Shown piece after piece: positions 12,068 to 26,900 of a DNA stretch of 64,000 nucleotides (the first letter of the stretch is position 1; each line of letters begins with the position of its first letter). The position numbers and the translations under genes are program-made. This DNA is from Tubulanus polymorphus (lineage: Eukaryota; Animalia; Nemertea). Under the pieces are notes generated by a model. It did no database searches and had not been told where the DNA came from. It saw only the letters and a list, made by a program, of their open reading frames with translations. Location: NCBI RefSeq assembly GCF_964204645.1, contig NC_134034.1:3489814-3553813 (forward strand), read 5' to 3'.

Positions 12068-14064
12068 TTATCATCGGTGTATTCGCCATACTGACAACAA
12101 ACCCAAGCCAAAAACACCATAACGTCACTGGTATTGAAGTGACATTTTTTACAACCGTGAGTCTATGAGACGACTGTCAGACATGACTTGGAAACGCCAT
12201 CCCTCGGATTTTTCCGAGGACGAACTTTTCATTTTTCTGATGTCCTACGGCAATGGCTTTGAGATATGTAACTTTTTCTGCATCCTCGCTTGCCAAGTAC
12301 GGTATCACTCCTGAACTCGCTTCCACCAGCCCCCTGGCCTCACGACGCGTGATTTCATTACTGGCGCCGTTGCGCATGACGTCATATATAGATTTGCGAA
12401 ATACTTCCTTGTTAGGTAAAACGTTCGCTAATCGGTCAATTAAAACGGGAAAACCAAAAGAAGCCTAATGTCGTTTGATACAAGCGCTGTGATTGGTACG
12501 ACCGGATTCTGGTCGGCTAGTAACGATTCTAACGACTCGTGAGGTCAAGGGGTTCGGGGAACGGCTTTAGCTTAGTGGGTTCGAATCCCTTGGTGGGTGA
12601 AGATGCCTTTTTCTGTAGCTATTGTAACTATGAACCGCTAATAACAGAAATAAGAAACGGGTCTTTTTGTTAACTACAGATCCCACAATCACGGGGTAGG
12701 AGCATGTAGTGCTGTAGTGTAACTGTTCGGGCTTACCGATGAATTAATCCCAGATGATGTTTTTTTGCCGGGGCTGGGGTACTGATTTTTGACGGTGGGT
12801 TGTGGCGTAAGTAATGTTTTGAGATTTTTCTCTGTATTTTGTTCTTTTATCTTATGCACATTGTTTGTACTTTTTTGACTTCGAAATCGAATGTTTTTAT
12901 TGTAAATTTTAGAGTTCAATAAAGTTCTATCCTATTCTATTCTATTCCATAAAGGCTGTGTTTGCCGTCGCACACATCTGACGTCCTAGTATATTTCGCC
13001 CGTCAATATGGCGCGTCGTGTAGTAAAAGTAATATGGCTGCACGGCCCGCACATAACGTAACCAGGCTGGGACGTTCTTCCGCTCAAGGACACCGTTTAC
13101 AGAGGAACCCGTTGCAACGAACTTGTGTAGGATCAGAAAAAAATCTGTTCGTTGAATTGAACGATAGAACGTTGAATTGACCGATACAGTGGAACCTCGC
13201 TTTTAACACCCCGGCGACCCTGTTCCACAGGCTCAGAATTAACTCATTGAAAATGAACTAATTATTACTCAGAATTTCAACTCGTGACCGGGCTTTTTAA
13301 CACCCTGACGACGACATGGCGTTATGCTCGTTATTTCGCTTGTTATAATCAATCGTCCATCAGCCAGATATGATTATTGACCGTAAAGCAAGTCGTAGAA
13401 AATCACTTCGTGTTTTAACTGCCATGAGTTGGATGGATATTAGCGAAAATTCGCCCTATGAGAAACATCATTTTTTAGCATAAAATCAAAATAACGAGTA
13501 AACCATTTCTTAAAGTATTACAATGATATTTTTATTCGAAAATGGAAATTTTGCTCCAAAATCAAGAAACGTTTCAATTAAACAACACAATAGTCAATTG
13601 TTACGATCGAAGAGACAAAAACTAAAAGCGGCTATTGCACAGACTACTACATCGAGGACAAATGATTCGAATTGAGCGTTTGAAAATAGAATAGATATTA
13701 TTCAAAATGACCCGGAAAATTCGTGATTAGCTTGTAATACTTTGTTTAGCCACAAATACTGTTGAGATTGAAGAAAACAGAATACATATTTCCGATCAAA
13801 GTCATTGCCAGTCCGATAGTCTAAGCGTCGAAATTGATTCGTGAAATTACTTTCTAGTCAGGATTGGTAGCAATTTAGTCGATCTATAGTGAGATTCTTC
13901 ACCTGAATTTGGAATGACGTAGTTTTCAAAAATGCTTGTTCGGATTGAGAGCCGTATTTTTGGAAATCAGCGAGCTCGTGAAAGTTTAGTTAAAATTCGA
14001 TCGTCGCCAGACAGCGCTTTATTTTAGTGATAGTTTTAATCGTTAGATGGCGCGCGCGCTCTGA

Positions 14065-17924
<3,860 letters not shown>

Positions 17925-18691
17925 GTTGAAGGTTTGAATCGAGTTTGCTGTGTTCAAATTATGGTGTCAATTGAGGTATTTTTGAGCGGTTTTTCTCACT
18001 CCGACTTTGTGATGTAGCCTTTGTGAGATTTCCGAGCAAAGTGTGTCGTTCGACCGTTAATTCGCATCCTCGTACCGTCAATCGACTGCAATTTTCGCGA
18101 GTAACTTTAGTTAATTCTATTCGATTAAGTGGTATTTTGACTAAATCTGTGTGAAAAAATTGTATTCAAATAAATAAGCTTGAATTAAGAATTCATGTAG
18201 TTTATTTCGTTTAATTATGTGCGCTATTTTAGATAATTTTTTGAGCGAAATCTGCATGCCCGCGAAATATCAAACTGTTTTACGATTCGGCGCGAGATGG
18301 CAGATGGCGATGAATAATACGTTCCTATTGGTGAGAAATGACGTCATTTCACCGAATCCAAAATGATATGATATTTCTCCTGGGTCAGAACTGAGATTTT
18401 TAGAACCTGCGCATTCATCCAGAATAAATCTTATCGAAAAGCCGAAAGCCTCGGATTCGAACCTAGAAATTATTTATCGCGGGTACCTGATCGGTTTTTC
18501 TGATGGACAGCAATGGTTTCGAATCCCGAAACTTCACAAAATATTCTTTCTTATGATTTTCACCTTTCATTGATGAAATCAATAAAACTAAAACACGAAT
18601 TAAACGATACTCGTTAATTATTTTTAGAATTCATGATTTGCTACAGTTTTTTCCTTTCCGACATAATAAGAGCGCTCGAAGCAAATTCAAG
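17925..18691. promoter_or_regulatory. Bidirectional promoter between alpha-tubulin (-) and the DUF4773-like gene (+)
   Basis: Start codons ~770 bp apart, head-to-head. ATTGG (CCAAT) at ~18327, CRE TGACGTCA at ~18339, B-box-like GGTTCGAATCC on minus at 18453-18463, YY1-like CAAGATGGCAGCC over the ATG. Confidence 0.7.
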
Positions 18692-21600
18692 ATGGCAGCC
18701 TCCGTACCAGTTTTTCGTATGGGCCAAATTTACCTTCGAAAAACTCATTTGATATATATTTCGTTGCTGTTGATGTTCTTGGTGGTCACATTTTATTTCG
18801 TTTTACCGGCTCCCTCAGGTATAGTCAACATTTATGACTTGACACATTTCATGAACCGACTAAAAGGCCGTTATCGGAGCAAAATCAATCGTTTGTGGTT
18901 TTTGTCATTTTGATTTTGAATTAATTTTAGTGGATATTTTGCTAATGCTTTTTTATTCGTGTTAAATTTTGCCGATGGCTATATATAGTAGGATACACTC
19001 ATGAAAATAATGATAAAATGTTGGTATTACTAGCCTAGGTTTACCAAATTTCACCCCAAACCGGCACCCAGCCAGGAAAACTAGTCAAATCTGCGCCAGT
19101 CCAGCCCTGCATGCCACCATTTAAACCGGCATTACAAACCCCTAGTTTCTATTCAAGATCAAGTGTTAGGTTAGGGTCCGTTTTTTCGATTAGGGTATTA
19201 GAGGTTGAGTTCGATTTATTGTCATGTAGGTTAGGCTAAAACATTCAGTAGATTTCCATGAGCCTCCGTGGTCTAGTGGAAAGGCATCTGGTCTGGGTTT
19301 GAATACTCTGTCCACTCTATTTTCTCTGTTTTCTTTGTTCTCTCCACATTTTCTTCGAATTTGTCAGTGCACGTGCGGTGTGAATAAGCCAATCAGAACA
19401 AGCCATTTGTGGTGAAACTTACTGCTACAATTCCTTAGAGATCAGAGATGGTAGCCTTGTCTGATGTTAGTCTAGGGATGGTTAGACAGCAAATTCTCTA
19501 AGGGGGTTGGGTTATCAGGCCATATAAAATCAATCACTTGATTCTCATTCGTGGCGATGCAATAGACCAATGAAGCTTTTGCGGCCAGTGCTATAGCCTG
19601 TGTTGGCGTGAGCTCGAGTGTATGGCAGTCAAACCCTGGGCCAACTTTGGTTTTCGTAGCTAGTCGACGTCGGAACTAATAACCGAACACACTATAGTTC
19701 GGTCGTAACGTATTTCACAGTGTCGGCCATCTTGAACCTAGGTCCGAATTGTAGCGACCGTGCTCAAATGCGTGGTCGACCATTTCTGGACTAAAGTTCC
19801 GACTAACGGACCTTTGGACTAACGGACACAAGGTGGCCCTGGCAGGCGACTATGTACTCAAACGGATTCACAATGTTTATTGATTGAAAGCGAGTTCCAA
19901 CACGCGCTCACCCATTTTCATTCGGAGACAAGAATATAGAGGTCTTGCTACTCGTCTTCATATATCATATATGAGATATGAAATATAAACCTCCCTCTTT
20001 TTGTTTTTTTTTACAACTTCTGATGGGAATCAAGTAATTTGTTTTATAATTGCAATTTCAATTTATTCATCATAAATCAAGACAAACAAACAAACAAAAA
20101 CAAAAATGATGCACGATACAACAATACAGTCGGGGAGGGGGAGGGAGGGAGCGGGGGAGGGAGGGAGCGGGTGGGAGGGAGCGGGAAAGGGAGAGAGTCT
20201 ATATCACGAGTCACGAATCTATATTTCTTTTATTCCAGGTCGAGTAAAAGTAAACAAGAAAATCTATCCATTGTCGTCGAAACTAACAACACTGGACAAA
20301 CATCTATTAACGACGACAACATCGTTGCTCCTCCGTCAACAACAACAACTACATCCCGTCGTGAACATGACTCATTTCGAAATGTTACAAGAAAAAGTTA
20401 AAGAACTCGCCGCTTTACTGAAAGAAAAATCGGCGCGATTAAAATCGCGACTTTTACCGCATTCGCCTACGACGACGGAGTTCGTCGGCGCGGGCGTCTA
20501 CCGCGCGAAGAAAACCATCCGCGGCGCGTTGTCGCCGAAAGTTTGGAACGTTTCGGAAGTCGCCGTGAAAACGCTCGTCGCCGACGGCGAGTATTTCCTG
20601 CTGTTGCAGGAGGCGGTGAATAAAACGCGCGAGGTGTCGATGAGGTATCGGCCGGTGTTCGATCTGACGGCCGGCACGTGCGACTGCGTTTACACGTACT
20701 GCGAATGCTGTGCGCGCGTCTTCGCGAAGCGCATCGCCGTCGACCACAAAATGTGCGCGAATTTCACGTACGCCGCCGGAAAACAGGTAAGACGGAAATG
20801 CGCGAAAAACCACCGGGATGCAAGTGAGGATCCACCAGGTGTCATTAGTGTGCAGTAGGACATTGTCTACTGCCGTAATAGAGGATTCTACTTGTGGCAA
20901 GTGCGGCTCCACTTGGTGTCACTAGTGTGCAGTAGGACATCATCTACTGAGGCAATAGAGGATTCCACTTCTGGCAAGTGCGGATCCACTTGGTGTCACT
21001 AGTGTGCAGTAGGACATCGTCTACTGCCGCAATAGAGGATTCCACTTCTGGCAAGTGCGGATCCACTTGGTGTCACTAGTGTGCAGTAGGACATCGTCTA
21101 CTGCCGCAATAGAGGATTCCACTTGTGGCAAGTGCGGATCCACTTGGTGTCACTAGTGTGCAGTAGGACATCGTCTACTGCCGCAATAGAGGATTCTACT
21201 TGTGGCAAGTGCGGATCCACTTGGTGTCACAAGTGTGCAGAAGGACATCGTCTACTGCGGCAATAGAGGATTCTACTTGTGGCAAGTGAGGATCCACCAG
21301 GTGTTGCTAGTGTGAACTAAGACATTAGCTACACCGGCAATAGAGGATTTCACTTGTAGCAAGTGAGGATCCACCAATGCCTCCAGGCGCGTTGGAAGCA
21401 ATTTTTGATTGCTGCGGCCAAATGCCAATTTTGGACAGGTTCTAAATATTGCCACGGCGAATTTACTCAATTTCTTCAAACACGTATTCAATGGAAAAAA
21501 AATGTCATTCAGTAAATTATTGCCGCGGTTTTCGCCGCTGCACTTCCAACGCCACTGGCCTCTAGTATGAAAGATTCCACTTTTGGCTGGTGGTTCTAAA

Positions 21601-22041
21601 AAAACACTGATCACATGCACAATTGAAAACTATTTTGTATTTTCAGGATTTTCGAGTGAAAATTGACATCAATGATATTCCATGTTTTGATGGCACAATT
21701 TCGGGTAAGTTTTTCAAAGAACAAAGCAAGCCCACAGACCGTGTTTTAAAGACTTCATAAGACTTCCGTCCGGACACTTTTTTTTCATCATTTTTCCAGC
21801 CCAAGATTCTCCGGAGATCTGCTTGGGAACGACGACGACTGAAGTCTGCGCTCAGTTCCTGAACGTGACGTACTCTGTGAAGCCGAGCGAAAGCCACAAA
21901 ACACGATTAGCCGGTTGTTTAGAATATCATTTGAACGTCGTGAATAAAACGATAGCCAGCTACCCGGTCGGCTGCTTCCAGACCGACACAAAAAACGATA
22001 AAGGGCATTTCATCAAGTTCCTAATGAACTGGATGGTGTAA
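18692..22041 (+). CDS. Signal-anchored protein with C-terminal cysteine-rich DUF4773-like domain. Exons 18692-18818, 20239-20786, 21647-21704, 21800-22041
   Basis: Phase-consistent GT-AG junctions (1,0,1). Hydrophobic N-terminal segment. Cys pattern CDC...CECC...MCANFTY...ISAQDSPEICL...VCAQFLNV...GCLE...GCF resembles DUF4773. Confidence 0.8.
20820..21378 (+). repeat. 77-bp minisatellite array 1 (~7 units), DUF4773-like intron 2
   Basis: Unit ggcaagtgcggatccacttggtgtcactagtgtgcagtaggacatcgtctactgccgcaatagaggattccacttgt; period 77 (e.g. 20971 to 21048). Confidence 0.95.
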
Positions 22042-22077
22042 ACCCGGGGGTGGAATTGTTTTTCAAGTGAAGATTGA

Positions 22078-22450
22078 CCACCAGATGTCGCTAGGCTGTA
22101 AGGGGATAGGTAGGACATCAACTACTGCGGCAGTAGAGGATTCCACTTGTGGCAAGTGAGGATCCCCCGGGTGACGCTAGCTTACAGTTGGACACCTACT
22201 ACTGCGTCGGTAGTCTTGACAATTCCCCCTTGTGGCAAGTGAGGATCCACCTGGTGTCGCTAGTGTGCAGTAGGACATCAACTACTGTGGCAAAAAAGGA
22301 TTCCACTTGTGGCAAGTGAGGATCCACCTGGTGTCGCCAGTGTGCAGTAAGACATCATCTTTTGTGGCCGTCGAGGATTTTACTTGTGGCAAGTATGGAT
22401 CTGCCAGGTGTCGCTAGTGTGCTGTAGGACATCAACCTCTGCGGAAATAG
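22078..22450 (+). repeat. 77-bp minisatellite array 2 (~4.5 units), just after the DUF4773-like stop codon
   Basis: Same unit as array 1, more diverged. Confidence 0.9.
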
Positions 22451-23819
22451 AATTTGAATTAGATCATTGGGTGAAGCCATGTTTTAATGGCGAAACAAAA
22501 TTCTAGGTTATTGAAATTGTCTTATGTTTAATGCAGCTTTCAGTTGATAAAAAGTCGCATGTATACATGAAATAATCCTCGCTTGCCAGTGTTTGATTGC
22601 CGCATGCCAGCACAAATCCTGGCCGCTCTTCCTTACTTCGCCCAACATTTCTAGGGTGGACAGGTCCTCTAGCAAAACAATGTATCTGATTTGCTAGAGG
22701 TATCTATATATTGTGAATAATGTTTTTAGACTGGTGGCCGCTGTCCGCCCAAGAAATCTTGGGGCGTGTCAAAGACCAATGAAGGGTTTGCTTTGGTGTG
22801 AGCTTCGGCGGGAGGCAATCAAACTCTGGCAAGCAAGTATGAGTAATCGCAAGTTGGCAAATATATTTAATCGGATAATTATGAGAATAGTAAATTTGTT
22901 TCGTTAAAGTTTATTGTAAAAATGTAATTGTAATAATTTTCAATTTTGCACCATTTGTTCAAAATGCACCAACCTTTCAAATATTTTCATCTTTTAAACC
23001 TTGCTTAAGTCGTCATCAAATAAGTTGTCACTGGAGTCGTGTTTTTTTTCGAACCCAAATTTATCGAAAGAGCAGTGTAGGGTAATTTGGATTAGATTGG
23101 AAATAGGCAACATAATGATCGTCTAAATTATGATGCCTTATTAAGCAACCTTGACTCGTCATCATTTTGTTGTTATCTTTTTTCTGATTTTCTGGCTCGG
23201 GGTGAATTCACAATAATGGTGCTTGAGCATTTACTTTTATTATGATATTTATTTGAAGGTATTATTTGTTATTTAAAAAGCCTAATAAATTAAACCATTT
23301 TTTCTAAAACTTTAATTTATATGTTTATAGTTTGGCAGTGCCACTTGTCACAATTGGCAGTTTATGGATATAACCAGTTGGTCAGTGATACTGACGCTGG
23401 TTTCACTATCCGCTGTGTGAGTGAGTTCCTCGAATTTTTTATTCCACACTCGACTAATCACAACAATTGTGAATGGATAAAACCAGTCAATGACCAAACC
23501 AATAAAGGTTGGTCAATTGTGAGGAGAGTCCAGTGACATTTCGTGACCTGGTCCGGAGAGTGGTCAAGTCGGGTCGATACTAAATTAACAGGTCAATTGG
23601 GCATTAGTTCGTGCATAGAACTCAAATCAAATTTCATTTTAGAGTTCGTAGCCAACTAAGGATTCGAACCCGAGTTTTCGTGCTCGGGCTGACATGTCTC
23701 GGAGCGTTCCGCTGTCGAAGTTTAGACATGGTAGGAGACCACAAATCCGGAGGCGCCCCAGAAGCAGAATCGTCCTGAATTAATTAAGGACTCGAACCCA
23801 AACCGTTTACAATGACGCC

Positions 23820-23849
23820 ATTGCCATAGAGACGTCAGCGGCCATTTTG
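23820..23849 (+). promoter_or_regulatory. RFX X-box-like and YY1-like motifs in the CATIP promoter
   Basis: attgccatagagac (reverse complement gtctctatggcaat) and gcggccattttg, ~150 bp upstream of the ATG of a ciliary gene. Confidence 0.55.
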
Positions 23850-23979
23850 ATATTTTCTTCACTTCGAACTGTCAGAAATAAGGAGTATTGAGAAATATTC
23901 GGTTCGCTGCGCAGAATGAGATTATTGACCGTTTAGATTTAAATTCCAGGTAGACAGACAGACATTCTCAAGTGTTAAA

Positions 23980-26900
23980 ATGAGCGCTGTGTCGGGGTTA
24001 ACGCAAAGGTAAACGACTAGACTAAGAAAATGCAAAATTATTTCTTGTGTGATCCTTTCTTTCTCTTTCAATCAAATTTCACTTGACTTTCTCTGGCAAT
24101 GCAACTTTATTCCCATCTGTCACTGAAAAATAATTACGTAGTGGATCCGATATCAATGATTTGGCTTAAAAGTCCAAAGTTAAAGTTGAATTTTAAGTGC
24201 ATTTAGGCCTACTACACAAATGCGCGCGAATAGAAAATCCAAAATTTAGGTTTTAAGTACTAAGGACAAGGTGGTGAGGCTATATAACTCATCCAGCTAT
24301 TAGTCGTTTGCTGTGGCTCAGTGGGTAAAGCACTCCACTAGTTTTTTGTTGAGTTTCGAATCGCAATATTGCAAGTCAGAATGCTACTGTATTGCGCATG
24401 AGGCTAGTCAGTAACCTGACTGTGGTTTAGTTTCACGATCGGATATTTTCACAAACCACAGTCAGGAATGGGAAGGTCATTTTTGTATGAAATCTTCGTC
24501 AGCCAATTTGACTGACGAGTAATTTGCCTGGCATTTCATTGTCTCTTAAGATATCTGTCTCATTTTTGTTGTAATCGACGCACAACAGATTCGTAGTTTG
24601 TCTGATACCTATAACACCTCACCTGACGATCTTAATCCATGTGCAAATCGGCCGTAAAGTGAGAGTAAATTTCCGTCCAGTCAACAGCTGCCATTTTGAA
24701 AATTACTGGAGGTGCTGGCACCTGTGGACTAAGGCCAGGACAACAGCACAAACTAACAAAGCGAAACGACGAAATTTAAAAAAATTAAAAAATCAACACT
24801 TATTCACATTTTTCTTTTACCAGAAATTTATTATTTTATTATTTATTATGGAAAACACGAAGACTTGAAATAAAAGTTGGAAAACCATCAAAAATAAAAA
24901 TTGTCGTTTCGTCTTGGAAGTTTTATATAAATCCTTGTAGGTCCCCTTGTCTTATCATGCCACATGTGCAATACAGAGAAATGGCGGCCAATGGCGAAAT
25001 TTGTGGAGAAATTAATTAATTTCTCAAAATAATGTTGATTAATCACTCGAAACATACATAAAATTGGATTATTTCGAAAGGTACCTGTGTTAGTTTGTGA
25101 ATTAAGCCATTAATTGTGGACTGAAGTGAATAGAAAGTATATTTTTGAAGTGTTACTTTTTTCAACCGTGTTTTGGTCCTTGTCATCCCTAGTCAGTAAC
25201 CTGTCTGTGGTTTAGTTTCACGATCGGATATTTTCACAAACCACAGTCAGGAATGGGAAGGTCATTTTTGTATGAAATCTTCGTCAGCCAATTTGACTGA
25301 CGAGTAATTTGCCTGGCATTTCATTGTCTCTTAAGATATCTGTCTCATTTTTGTTGTAATCGACGCACAACAGATTCGTAGTTTGTCTGATACCTATAAC
25401 ACCTCACCTGACGATCTTAATCCATGTGCAAATCGGCCGTAAAGTGAGAGTAAATTTCCGTCCAGTCAACAGCTGCCATTTTGAAAATTACTGGAGGTGC
25501 TGGCACCTGTGGACTGAGGCCAGGACAACAGCACAAACTAACAAAGCGAAATGACGAAATTTAAAAAAATTAAAAAATCAACATTTATTCACATTTTTCT
25601 TTTACCAGAAATTTATTATTTCACTATTTATTATGGAAAACACGAAGACTTGAAATAAAAGTTGGAAAACCATCAGAAATAAAAATTGTCGTTTCGTCTT
25701 GGAAGTTTTATATAAATCCTTGTAGGTCCCCTTGTCTTATCATGCCACATGTGCAATACAGAGAAATGGCGGCCAATGGCGAAATTTGTGGAGAAATTAA
25801 TTAATTTCTCAAAATAATGTTGATTAACCACTCGAAACATACATAAAATTGGATTATTTCGAAAGGTACCTGTGTTAGTTTGTGAATTAAGCCATTAATT
25901 GTGGACTGAAGTGAATAGAAAGTATATTTTTGAAGTGTTACTTTTTTCAACCGTGTTTTGGTCCTTGTCATCCCTAACGTTGGTATAAGCCCATCCGATT
26001 ATAAAAAGCTTACCACCAACGATTAGGTAACTAACTATGTCATCCCTAACGTTGGTATAAGCCCATCCGATTATAAAAAGCTTACCACCAACGATTAGGT
26101 AACTAACTAGCATGAGGCGAGCTAACTCTCAGTCTCTGTAAGTGTAGGCCTACTCCGTAACCAGAGCTATCCCCCTCCGTTTACGCACTCCATAACCAGA
26201 GTCACGTCAAAAAAAAAGAAAGTAAAAATTGGCCCTCCTCTACTTTAAATTTAAATTCATTATGTCGATTAGGCCTAATTCAAGTTCTAATATAGTCGTA
26301 ATTAAGTATTTAATTGAATTGATTATCCACTTCGTAACCCAAAGAATTTTTTTGCGGAATGGGATACCCAGTATTTATTCAGTAACCTGTCAGTGGTTTA
26401 GTTTCACGATCGGATATTTTCACAAACCACAAGCCCATCCGATTATAAAAAGCTTACCACCAACGTTTAGGTTACTAACTACCCAGTATCGATTAGACCT
26501 TGTTGGTGTTTCGAAATAGGCCTACCCAGCTACACGCAGTTTGGTTTAACAGTTTAAGCTTAGCCCTCGTTGGCTGACCGGTTTTCCCATTTGAATTTCC
26601 TCGCTCTGATTTCAGCTCTTTAGCGTCTGAAGGCAGCGCCGTGCAGATGACGATTCCCGAAAATCCACCCAAGCCCAACGATCACGCTATCGAATTCCTA
26701 CAAGACCTAGGTAAGATAGAGGGACTTGTTCCCCCCCAAAAATTAAGAAAAAACGCATTTTTCACTTTATAAAGAAATGGGGCGTAATAAACATGAATAA
26801 ATATGAATTATTAACGCATGACAGCCATCAAATGAGAAATGGGCAGAATGAGAACACCAAAATTTTCTAATTTTTCAGCGCTCGCCATGTTGAGGCGCCC

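Noticed and set aside
19259-19320. tRNA-like segments here and at 12540-12610 and 24311-24366
   Set aside because: A/B-box-like motifs but no complete cloverleaf; likely decayed SINE heads
20820-21378. Regular repeat arrays as CRISPR
   Set aside because: Units are contiguous with no unique spacers; eukaryotic intron context; no cas genes
24405-25976. Simple 785-bp tandem duplication or assembly error
   Set aside because: Better explained by nested self-insertion with distinct 9-bp TSDs; the copies differ by several substitutions
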